Positions 9,525-17,679 of a DNA stretch of 36,723 bases are shown here, piece by piece. The translations under genes and the position numbers were made by a program. Position 1 is the first letter of the stretch, and every line of letters begins with the position of its first letter. This stretch comes from Candidatus Nanoarchaeia archaeon (GTDB taxonomy: Archaea > Nanobdellota > Nanobdellia > Tiddalikarchaeales > Tiddalikarchaeaceae): the NCBI GenBank assembly GCA_028710615.1, contig JAQTTT010000001.1, forward strand, positions 1 to 36,723, written 5' to 3'. Under the pieces are notes generated by a model, which ran no database searches, was not told the origin of the DNA, and saw nothing but the letters and a program-made list of their open reading frames with translations.

Positions 9525-9868
9525 ATCATTAATGCACCTATTATTATTAATAACGCAGGCCACGTGTTTTTCCATGAAATTATTCCATAATAATCAAGAA
9601 GAATGAATGCTCCTGCAATTATTAATCCTGCGCCAAGAAATTGAGAATTGTTGCTTTTTTTTAAGGGAAAAACTTTTTCAGACGGATTAATTGGCAAAAT
9701 TATTGCTAATATGACATATAAAGGTATTATAAATCCTGGAGCCATTATAAGTAATAATGCCGCAAGTATTCTTGCAATTGATGAATCTATTTTGAAATAT
9801 TGCGCTATTCCCCCGCACACTCCAAAGATTATTTTGTCGCTTTTGCTTTTGAAAATTTTTTCCTGCAT
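9503..9868 (-). CDS. PspC-domain membrane protein
   Basis: KIIFGVCGGIAQYFKIDSSIARILAALLLI is the PspC N-terminal domain signature. It is followed by TM helices. Confidence 0.8.
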   Translation of the reverse strand: MQEKIFKSKSDKIIFGVCGGIAQYFKIDSSIARILAALLLIMAPGFIIPLYVILAIILPINPSEKVFPLKKSNNSQFLGAGLIIAGAFILLDYYGIISWKNTWPALLIIIGALMIWGQRKK

Positions 9869-10044
9869 TAAAATATTTTAATGAGGAGAGCATTAATAAA
9901 TCTTTTTATAAAAAAAAAATGTGAAAAAAGATAAAAGGCTAAAAAAGGATTAATCAAACTTTGAGGGGGAGTGATTAAGCAATTTTAATTTTTTTTTTCA
10001 AACCTTTTATCTTTTTTACACAAAAAGCATGAAATGATTTTTGC

Positions 10045-11142
10045 TTAAATCATTTTTATTCCCAATGATTCGCTTTTGGCTCCTGCTGGATTGCTTTGCA
10101 TTTGGGATGTTCTTTGGGGGCCCATTATGTACGGGCTTTTGACTCCTGTAATAATGCTCATTATTCTCATTTTTCCAGCCATTCCTTCTTCTATTCTTGC
10201 GCCCCATATGACATTTGCATCAGCATTCAATGATGATGTTATGATTTCAGCTGCTTTATTTGCCTCTTCAAGAGTCATGTCTGCTCCGCCAGTTATGTGA
10301 ATCAGCGCGCCTTCAGCTCCTGAGTAATCAACCTCAAGCAATGGATTATTAAGGGCTTTTCTTACAGCTTCTTCTGCTTTTTTATCGCTGTTTGATTCGC
10401 CTATTCCCATGATGCATAATCCGCCCATTTTCATTATTGCTTTTACATCAGCAAAATCAAGGTTTATTAAGCTTGGAAGCGCTATTGTTTCAACAATTCC
10501 TTTAATCATTGTTGATATAAGCTCATTTGCAACTGCGAATGACTGGCTTATTGGAAGATTTCCTGCAATTTTAATCAGCCTATTATTGTCTATTACGATT
10601 ACGCTGTCGCAGTATTCCCTTAATAATTGAAGCCCGTATTCTGCTTTGTCAACTCTTGCCCTTTCAACATCAAAAGGCATTGTGACTACTCCTATAACTA
10701 TGCTTCCAATTTCTTTTGCAAGCTTTGCAACAACTGGAGCAGAGCCTGTTCCTGTTCCTCCGCCCATTCCAGCGCATATAAACAATAAGTCAGTTCCTTT
10801 AAGCATTTGCTTTACTTCATACTGGCTTTCTTCAACTGCTTGCGCTCCTATCTGCGGATGGCCTCCTGCGCCCAAACCCCTTGTTAATTCTTTTCCAACC
10901 AAAATTTTTTGGTCAGCATTGCTTATATTTAAGTGCTGCAAATCTGTGTTTAGCACTATTGTTTCAGCGCCTTCAACGCCTTTATTGTAAAGCCACGCAA
11001 CAGTATTGTTTCCTGCTCCGCCGCACCCTATTACTTTAATATTTGCTTGTCCAGCATTATTGCTGGATGAAAATTTAAACTGCTCCTGATTTCTCAAGGC
11101 ATTCTCCATTAAAAAGTCCATTTTTTTAACCACACTCCCCAT
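10045..11142 (-). CDS. ftsZ: Cell division GTPase FtsZ
   Basis: GCGGAGNN and the tubulin signature GMGGGTGTGSAPV. The T7-loop region and a C-terminal tail are present. Confidence 0.95.
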   Translation of the reverse strand: MGSVVKKMDFLMENALRNQEQFKFSSSNNAGQANIKVIGCGGAGNNTVAWLYNKGVEGAETIVLNTDLQHLNISNADQKILVGKELTRGLGAGGHPQIGAQAVEESQYEVKQMLKGTDLLFICAGMGGGTGTGSAPVVAKLAKEIGSIVIGVVTMPFDVERARVDKAEYGLQLLREYCDSVIVIDNNRLIKIAGNLPISQSFAVANELISTMIKGIVETIALPSLINLDFADVKAIMKMGGLCIMGIGESNSDKKAEEAVRKALNNPLLEVDYSGAEGALIHITGGADMTLEEANKAAEIITSSLNADANVIWGARIEEGMAGKMRIMSIITGVKSPYIMGPQRTSQMQSNPAGAKSESLGIKMI

Positions 11143-11170
11143 TAATTTTTTTTGACAGTGGCATCTACCG

Positions 11171-11332
11171 AAAACTATTTAAATCTGCGGATACTTACCA
11201 CTACTTAGAATGTTCAATACGTGATTCACTTCGCCAAAAGTGAGTTTCGATCTGTAAGTTAAACTGCATTCGCCAAAATGTTGGTTAACTTTTATTAAAT
11301 TTATTAGTGTATCTGATTATTTAAATAGTTTT
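11171..11332. repeat. Perfect 14-bp inverted repeat (aaaactatttaaat / atttaaatagtttt) bracketing a 134-nt non-coding segment
   Basis: Arms at 11171-11184 and 11319-11332 were checked base by base. Each arm contains the palindromic TATA-like core atttaaat. The interior carries a 10-nt direct repeat ttcgccaaaa (11230-11239 and 11269-11278) and a 6-bp hairpin tcactt/aagtga (11226-11243). Confidence 0.6.
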
Positions 11333-11391
11333 GTGTCTGATATTAATATATATCGGCAAAAATATTTTAATTGCCAATAATTAATATTGCT

Positions 11392-11832
11392 ATGAATCAT
11401 GATTTTTTTATGAAAGAAGCTGTTAAAGAAGCAAAAAAGGGTTTGAAGAAAGGGGGAATTCCTATTGGCGCAGTGCTTGTCAGGGATGGTAAAATTATTG
11501 GGAAAGGGCATAATAAGCGGGTGCAGAAAAAGTCTGCCATTCTTCATGCTGAAATGGATTGCTTGGAAAATGCCGGCAGGCTGAAAGCAAGGGATTATGA
11601 AAAGTGCGTGATGTATTCAACGCTTTCTCCCTGCAGCATGTGTTCAGGAGCAATAATTCTGTATAAAATACCCCTTGTTGTTATTGGAGAAAATGAAACT
11701 TTCAAAGGGCCTGAAGAATATTTAAAGAAGTTTGCAAAAGTGATTAATCTTAATAATGAAGAATGCAAATCTTTGATGAAGGAATTCATAAAAAAAAGCC
11801 CGGAATTATGGAATGAGGACATTGGGGTTTAA
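11392..11832 (+). CDS. Cytosine deaminase of the CDA fold (yeast FCY1-like)
   Basis: As far as I recall the FCY1 sequence, the similarity runs along the whole length: GGIPIGAVL, GKGHN, HAEMDCLENAGRL, YSTLSPCSMCSGAI, VVIGEN and the C-terminal LWNEDIGV. The track start at 11371 is a TTG. An ATG lies at 11392, with a TATA-like aaatatttta about 27 nt upstream. Confidence 0.8.
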   Translation: MNHDFFMKEAVKEAKKGLKKGGIPIGAVLVRDGKIIGKGHNKRVQKKSAILHAEMDCLENAGRLKARDYEKCVMYSTLSPCSMCSGAIILYKIPLVVIGENETFKGPEEYLKKFAKVINLNNEECKSLMKEFIKKSPELWNEDIGV

Positions 11833-11844
11833 TTTTCATAACTT

Positions 11845-11852
11845 TTTTATAT
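11845..11852 (+). promoter_or_regulatory. Candidate TATA box for gltX-gatDE transcription
   Basis: ttttatat is centred about 32 nt upstream of the gltX ATG (11881). This is consistent with an archaeal leaderless or short-leader promoter. Confidence 0.3.
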
Positions 11853-11880
11853 GCTCCCCTGATTTTATTTATTCATAGAC

Positions 11881-13503
11881 ATGAATATTAAATTGTTTGC
11901 TTTAAAAAATGCTGTAATGCATAAAGGCAAAGCTGTTGCTGGAGCAATTGTTCCAAAAGCTTTGGGAGAAAAGCCTTCTTTGAAAAAAGACATGAAAAAA
12001 TTAATGATTGAAATAAATAATGCTGTTAATGAAGTCAATAAAATGAGTTTTGAGGAGCAGAAAAAAGAATTGCTTAAATTGGACAAAAGCGCTTTAGATA
12101 AAAAGGAAGAGATAAGAGAATTGCCTGAAATTCCTGGAATCAAGAAAGGCAAGTGCAGTTTCAGATTGCCTCCTGGCCCTGAAAAAGAATTGCATATAGG
12201 GCATGCTTTGTCTTTTTTGCTGAATGATTATTATGCAAGAAAGTATAATGGCAAATTGATTTTGAGGTTTGAGGACACTAATCCTGAAAAGTGCGAGCTA
12301 AAATATGTTAATGGAATAAGGGATGATTTAAAAGCTTTGGAGATAAAATGGGGCGAGGAATATTTTTTGTCGGACAATATGCCCAAGTATTATGAATTGG
12401 CTGAAAAATTAATTAAAAAAAATAATGCTTATGCCTGCGTTTGCCCCAAAAAAAGCGATGATGATTCAGGATTTGATAAAAAAAGATGCGCTTGCGCGGA
12501 TAATGATGTTAACTGGAGCTTGAGGCATTGGAATAAGATGAAGTATGGAACTTACAGGGAAGGCGAATGCGTAATAAGGCTTAAAGGGGATATGAAAAGC
12601 AAAAACACTGCAATGTGGGACCCCGTAATTTTCAGGATAATAAAGGCAAAGCATTACAGGCAGGGAAGCAAGTATAATGCTTGGCCCACATATGATTTCA
12701 CTGCTTCAATTGAGGATAAAGAAGTCACCCATGTTTTAAGGGATTCGAATTGGACGCAAAGGATTGAGCTTCAGGATTATGTTAGGAGATTGTGCGGAAT
12801 AAAAAATAATCCTGTGAATGTTTTATATTCAAGATATCAGATTGAAGGCGGCGTGACTCAGGGGAGAGTTATACGCGAAGCTGTTGAAAAAGGGATTGCC
12901 AATGGCTATGATGACATTAGATTAAGCACTGTGAAAGCGATTCTCAGAAAAGGAATACAAACTGAGACTTTAAGGGAATTATTGATTGAATTGGGCATCA
13001 CTAAATCCAAGAGAACTATTCCTTTGGACAAGATTAATGCCATTAATAGAAAAATTTTGGAAAAGAAAGCGAATCATTATTTGGCTGTTAAATTAATTGA
13101 TTCCATGAAATTGCGCGTTGAAAATTGCCCTGGAAAAATAAGCAAAGATTTTGTTATTAATGGAATTTCAAAGCAGGACAAAATGATTCGGCTTAAAAAC
13201 AGCTTTAATGCGAAAATCAAATCCTTTGATTCTAATGGCATTTTAAGTGAATATGCTGGTGGAGAATTAAGCAAAGGCATTAAAATAGTGGATTGGGTCA
13301 GCGAAAATAATGCGAAAATAAAGGTTTTAGAGGGAAAGCCTTTGTTTAATGAAAAAGGGGAAGTAATTCCTGATTCTTTGGTAACCCATGAATTATTGGT
13401 TGAAAAAAATGTTGATGAGCTTTCAGTTGGAACAATTGCTTATTTTGAGAAATTCGGTTATTGCAAAAAAGAAGAAAATCAGTGGATATTCATCCATGAA
13501 TAG
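11881..13503 (+). CDS. gltX: Glutamyl-tRNA synthetase (archaeal, presumably non-discriminating)
   Basis: HIGH motif region ELHIGHALSF, then LRFEDTNPEK. The N-terminal extension of about 95 aa (LKNAVMHKGKAVAGAIVPKALG) is typical of archaeal GluRS. GatD and GatE lie immediately downstream. Confidence 0.92.
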   Translation: MNIKLFALKNAVMHKGKAVAGAIVPKALGEKPSLKKDMKKLMIEINNAVNEVNKMSFEEQKKELLKLDKSALDKKEEIRELPEIPGIKKGKCSFRLPPGPEKELHIGHALSFLLNDYYARKYNGKLILRFEDTNPEKCELKYVNGIRDDLKALEIKWGEEYFLSDNMPKYYELAEKLIKKNNAYACVCPKKSDDDSGFDKKRCACADNDVNWSLRHWNKMKYGTYREGECVIRLKGDMKSKNTAMWDPVIFRIIKAKHYRQGSKYNAWPTYDFTASIEDKEVTHVLRDSNWTQRIELQDYVRRLCGIKNNPVNVLYSRYQIEGGVTQGRVIREAVEKGIANGYDDIRLSTVKAILRKGIQTETLRELLIELGITKSKRTIPLDKINAINRKILEKKANHYLAVKLIDSMKLRVENCPGKISKDFVINGISKQDKMIRLKNSFNAKIKSFDSNGILSEYAGGELSKGIKIVDWVSENNAKIKVLEGKPLFNEKGEVIPDSLVTHELLVEKNVDELSVGTIAYFEKFGYCKKEENQWIFIHE

Positions 13504-13539
13504 AAAAAATATTAAAATGCTCCGCATTAACTATTAATC

Positions 13540-14865
13540 ATGTATTCCAAAAAAATCATTGCTTTTTTAAAAAAGAATAATGCAAGCGTTAATGATTTTG
13601 TAAGAATAAAAAAAGGCGGGCAAATTTTTAATGGAACCCTTCTTAATCGCCCTGATTATTTAAAGCAGGAAACATTGATTTTAAAGCTTGAAAGCGGTTA
13701 CAATATTGGCGTTAATCTTAGGAATGTTGATGAGATAATTGTTGTGAAAAAAGCGGGAAAAATAAAAGAAAAGCCTGCTAAAAAACTGAAATTAAAAAAA
13801 GGGTTTATCAGCGTGCTTCATACTGGGGGAACAATTGCAAGCAAGGTTGATTACAGGACTGGGGGCGTGGTTTCAAGGTTCAGCCCTGAGGAATTGATTG
13901 GAATGTTTCCAAAACTGCAAAAATACGGGCCCATTAACAGCGTTTTCATGGGCAACATGTTCAGCGATGACATGCGCTTTGAGCATTACAGGAAAATGGC
14001 TGAGTTCATAAAAAAAGAAATTAATAATGGAAGCAGGGGAATAATAATAACCCATGGCACAGATACTTTGGCGTATTCAAGCGCTGCTTTATCATTTATT
14101 CTTGAAAATGTTCCTGTTCCAGTAATATTGGCGGGAGCTCAGAGAAGCAGCGACAGGCCAAGCAGTGATGCTGAAATGAATTTAGTGTGCGCTGCTAAAT
14201 TCATAAGGAACAGCGAATTCAGGGGCGTGTGCGTTTGCATGCATGATTCAATGAATGATGATGCTTGCGCAATATTTCAAGGAGTTAATGTTAAAAAATT
14301 GCATTCAAGCAGGCGCGATGCGTTTAAGCAAATAAATGATGATTTAATTGCAATTGTTGAATACATGGATGATGATATAACTTTTTTCAAAGAATATGAA
14401 AAGAAAAAAGAAGCAAAAGGAAAATTTGAAGTCTTGCCTAAAATGGAGCCAAAAGTTGCAATATTAAAGATTCATACAAACATGTTTGCTGAGCAGTTCG
14501 CTTTTTATAGGGAAAAAAAATACAAGGGATTGATAATTGAAGGAACTGGGTTAGGGCATTGCCCAATAACAAGAATGGATTCAACAACAGCTGAGCATGC
14601 AAAAATTCGCCTGGAAATTGAGGCATTAATTCTTGGCGGGTGCACGGTTGCAATGTGCTCCCAAACAATTAATGGAAGGGTTAATATGAATGTTTACAGC
14701 CCTGGAAGGGATTTGATTAATATGGGTGTTATAAGCGCTGAAACAATGACTTCTGAGACTGCTTTTGCTAAATTGGCTTGGCTGATTGCGAATTATCCTA
14801 AAAATGTTGAAGAATTAATGGCTAAGGATTTAAGGGGAGAGATTAAAAAGAGGGTTATAAAATGA
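13540..14865 (+). CDS. gatD: Glu-tRNA(Gln) amidotransferase subunit D
   Basis: Asparaginase-type motifs VLHTGGTIAS and ITHGTDTLAYS. 441 aa. ATGA overlap with gatE. Confidence 0.95.
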   Translation: MYSKKIIAFLKKNNASVNDFVRIKKGGQIFNGTLLNRPDYLKQETLILKLESGYNIGVNLRNVDEIIVVKKAGKIKEKPAKKLKLKKGFISVLHTGGTIASKVDYRTGGVVSRFSPEELIGMFPKLQKYGPINSVFMGNMFSDDMRFEHYRKMAEFIKKEINNGSRGIIITHGTDTLAYSSAALSFILENVPVPVILAGAQRSSDRPSSDAEMNLVCAAKFIRNSEFRGVCVCMHDSMNDDACAIFQGVNVKKLHSSRRDAFKQINDDLIAIVEYMDDDITFFKEYEKKKEAKGKFEVLPKMEPKVAILKIHTNMFAEQFAFYREKKYKGLIIEGTGLGHCPITRMDSTTAEHAKIRLEIEALILGGCTVAMCSQTINGRVNMNVYSPGRDLINMGVISAETMTSETAFAKLAWLIANYPKNVEELMAKDLRGEIKKRVIK

Positions 14866-16658
14866 AATGCGGATTAGAGCTTCATGTGCAGGTTAACGGC
14901 TCCAAGCTTTTTTGCAGATGCCCAAGCATTGAAGATGTTAAAAGCGAGCCTGATTACGTGATAAAAAGAAAGCTTCATGCAGTTAAAGGAGAATCAGGCA
15001 AAACTGATTATGCTGCAAAAAAAGAGGCTGAGAAAAACAGGATAATAAAATATAATTGCTATAATGAAAATACTTGCTTGGTTGATATTGATGAAGAGCC
15101 TCCAAGAGAGATTGATGAATACTCTTTGAAAACAGGGATAGAAATCGCGATATTGCTTAACATGAAGCCTGTTGATGAATTGCAGATTATGAGAAAAGTG
15201 ATTATTGACGGAAGCGCTGTTTCAGGATTTCAAAGAACCGGATTATTGGCAACTAATGGCTGGATAGACACTTCGCAAGGAAGAGTCAAAATTGCAACCT
15301 TGTGCATTGAAGAGGATAGCGCGAAGCGAATTGATGACAACACTTTTTCTTTGGAAAGATTGGGAATACCTTTGATTGAAATAGCAACTGAGCCTGACAT
15401 TAAAAGCGCTTTTCATGCAAGAGAAGTTGCTGAAAAAATAGGCATGCTTTGCAAATTCACCGGAAAAATAGCCAAAGGAATTGGAAGCATAAGGCAGGAT
15501 GTCAATGTTTCTGTTCCTAACGGCGCAAGAGTGGAAATTAAGGGGGTTCAGGATTTGGCAATGATGCCTAAATTCGTTGAATGCGAGGTTATGCGCCAGG
15601 AAAATCTGCTGAAAATAAAGGATGAATTGAATAAAAAAAAAGTGTCTCTTGGGAATTGGAAAGATGTAAGCATTGCTTTTTTAGGCACTAAATGCGATTT
15701 TTTGAAAAACCAGAAAATTTACGGATTTAAATTAATCAATGCAAAAGGAATTCTTGGATATAAGATTCAGAAAGAAAAAAGCTTTGGAAAAGAAATAGCT
15801 GAGCACTTGAAAGCTGAATTAAGCATTAATGGAATCCTTCACAAAGATGAATTGCCAAATTACGGCATTAGCATTGAAGAAACAAGAAAAGCTGAAAAAT
15901 TGCTGGGATGCTTGGAAAAAGATAATTTCATATTAATAGCCTGCAATGATGAAAAAATAGTTTCTGCCCAGAAATTATTAAATGAAGTTCTCAATAAATC
16001 AAAAAAAGGGATTATTGAGGAAGTCAGGGCTCCTAATCACTCTGATGGCACGAATTCTTATATGAGGCCTTTGCCTTCAAGCAAAAGAATGTATCCTGAA
16101 ACTGATGTTCCTGCAATAAGGATTTTGGGGGAAATGATTAGCAATATTATAAGCAATTTGAGCAAGACTCCTGAAGAAAAATATGCGTGGCTCAAAAGCA
16201 CTGGATTAAATGATGAATTATGCTCGCAATTGATTAAAAGCAATAAGCTAAGGATTTATGAATTAATACTTGAAAAGACTAATGCGAATAATTCCACTGT
16301 TGCCTCAATTTTAATGATGAATCCTGCTGAGAAATTAAGCGATGATTATTTAGTGCTGTTATTTAAATTGCTTGAAGAGAATGAATTATGCAAGGAATCA
16401 ATCCCTTTAATAATTGAAGGGGTTATAAAAAAAGAGAACATTAATGATTTAATAAAGAAATACAGGCAATTAAGCCAAAAAGAGTTAAAGTTAAAAATAA
16501 GAGATATTATAAATAATAGCAAAGGCCTTGAGGAATTTAATGCTTTTGGCATAATAATGAAAAAAGCATTGGATGAATTAAGGGGGAAAGCTGATGCAGG
16601 GCTTATAAGCAAAATTGCCAAGGAGTTGATGGATAATGATAAAAGTAAGCGGGAATGA
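14862..16658 (+). CDS. gatE: Glu-tRNA(Gln) amidotransferase subunit E
   Basis: N-terminus MKCGLELHVQ...KLFCRCPS. GatB/E core motifs GVQDL and MRPLPSSKRMYPETD. The length and the insertion are typical of GatE. Adjacent to gatD. Confidence 0.95.
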   Translation: MKCGLELHVQVNGSKLFCRCPSIEDVKSEPDYVIKRKLHAVKGESGKTDYAAKKEAEKNRIIKYNCYNENTCLVDIDEEPPREIDEYSLKTGIEIAILLNMKPVDELQIMRKVIIDGSAVSGFQRTGLLATNGWIDTSQGRVKIATLCIEEDSAKRIDDNTFSLERLGIPLIEIATEPDIKSAFHAREVAEKIGMLCKFTGKIAKGIGSIRQDVNVSVPNGARVEIKGVQDLAMMPKFVECEVMRQENLLKIKDELNKKKVSLGNWKDVSIAFLGTKCDFLKNQKIYGFKLINAKGILGYKIQKEKSFGKEIAEHLKAELSINGILHKDELPNYGISIEETRKAEKLLGCLEKDNFILIACNDEKIVSAQKLLNEVLNKSKKGIIEEVRAPNHSDGTNSYMRPLPSSKRMYPETDVPAIRILGEMISNIISNLSKTPEEKYAWLKSTGLNDELCSQLIKSNKLRIYELILEKTNANNSTVASILMMNPAEKLSDDYLVLLFKLLEENELCKESIPLIIEGVIKKENINDLIKKYRQLSQKELKLKIRDIINNSKGLEEFNAFGIIMKKALDELRGKADAGLISKIAKELMDNDKSKRE

Positions 16659-17088
16659 CGTAATAATAGAGGCTGATTCTGAAAAAGAATACAGCAAATT
16701 CTTGTGGGAAGTTCTTGATTTAATGTCAAACAGGTTTACAATTCTTGCGTTTGCAAAAAAAAAAGCAAGAATTAACTATGACAAAATGGAGAAATTAAAA
16801 ATAAAAAGCGATGAAATCATATTAATGCAGTGCGATTCGCAAAATGATTTCATTAAAGCAATAAGCGAATTAAGCGGGAATTTAATGCATGATTTTTACA
16901 TAACTGTGAATTCATCAATAAAAACAATTAAATCAATGATTGAAGAAAACGAAAATTTCACAATTGAATGGTATTTATCCAATTTTCCTAAAACTATTCA
17001 TGTGCAGGAAGAAGGGTTTAAAATAAGCTTGGACACTTTCAGCAACTATGATTTCCAGATTGAAAGAATAGTCAAAAGGTTCAATTAA
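16636..17088 (+). CDS. Hypothetical protein, translationally coupled to gatE
   Basis: ATG at 16636 is preceded by AGGAG (16621-16625). It overlaps the gatE 3' end by 23 nt. Its stop directly abuts the next ATG (17089). I recognise no motif. Confidence 0.5.
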   Translation: MIKVSGNDVIIEADSEKEYSKFLWEVLDLMSNRFTILAFAKKKARINYDKMEKLKIKSDEIILMQCDSQNDFIKAISELSGNLMHDFYITVNSSIKTIKSMIEENENFTIEWYLSNFPKTIHVQEEGFKISLDTFSNYDFQIERIVKRFN

Positions 17089-17679
17089 ATGAACAAAAAA
17101 GAATTGGAAATAATATTGTCTAAATTAAAGGATTATTCTGACAAAAAGCCTTCGCTTGAGCAATACATTACTCCCTCAAAGAATGCTGCTGATTTATTGT
17201 GGAGCGCTTATATGAATGCTGACATTCAAGGCAAAACAATTATTGATGCTGGCTGCGGAAACGGCATTTTAGGGATTGGCGCTTTATTATTGGGAGCAAA
17301 GAAAGTGATATTCATTGATATTGACAAGAAAGCAATAATGACTGCTGAAGAAAATCTTAAAGCCCTGAAATTAAAAAATTTTGAGCTTATTAATTCTGAT
17401 ATTTTTGATTTGGATTTAAAAGCTGATGTCTTGATTACTAATCCTCCGTTCGGAGTGCAAAATGCTGGCAGGGATGTTGATTTCTTGATGAAATGCTCGC
17501 AATTATCTGACAAGATTTATTTGATATATAAGGGCGATGGCTTGAAAATACTGAAAAAGAATTTTCCTGACAAGAATGTTGAAGTAATTAAAATTGATGA
17601 ATTATTATTAAAAAAGCAGTTCACTTTTCACACTAAAGACAAGGCTAAAACTAAAATACTCTTGGCAAGGATTTCATGA
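17089..17679 (+). CDS. METTL5-like class I SAM-dependent N6-adenine RNA methyltransferase
   Basis: [11 protein letters not shown]-binding [15 protein letters not shown], and the catalytic NPPFG motif ([10 protein letters not shown]). About 196 aa, as in COG2263/METTL5 orthologues. Confidence 0.75.
   Translation: MNKKELEIILSKLKDYSDKKPSLEQYITPSKNAADLLWSAYMNADIQGKTIIDAGCGNGILGIGALLLGAKKVIFIDIDKKAIMTAEENLKALKLKNFELINSDIFDLDLKADVLITNPPFGVQNAGRDVDFLMKCSQLSDKIYLIYKGDGLKILKKNFPDKNVEVIKIDELLLKKQFTFHTKDKAKTKILLARIS

Noticed and set aside
9525-9575. Upstream ATG (9575) as start of the middle membrane gene, and the TTG starts at 7699 and 11371 used by the ORF track
   Set aside because: The longer versions add non-hydrophobic, non-conserved-looking leaders. 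For 9575 the longer ORF also overlaps the PspC gene by 73 nt. Internal ATGs with better SD/TATA context (9524, 7678, 11392) give N-termini that match the family patterns.
10016-10207. 63-aa Arg/Lys-rich minus ORF overlapping the 3' end of ftsZ
   Set aside because: It is out of frame with, and mostly contained within, the well-supported ftsZ CDS. Its composition is typical of a frame-shifted shadow.
11185-11318. C/D-box or H/ACA guide sRNA in the ftsZ upstream spacer
   Set aside because: I looked for RUGAUGA/CUGA box pairs at sRNA-like spacing and for a hairpin-ACA arrangement on both strands. Only degenerate matches turned up (GTGATTC; CTGA about 90 nt away). I keep it as a generic ncRNA/regulatory candidate, not as a called guide RNA.
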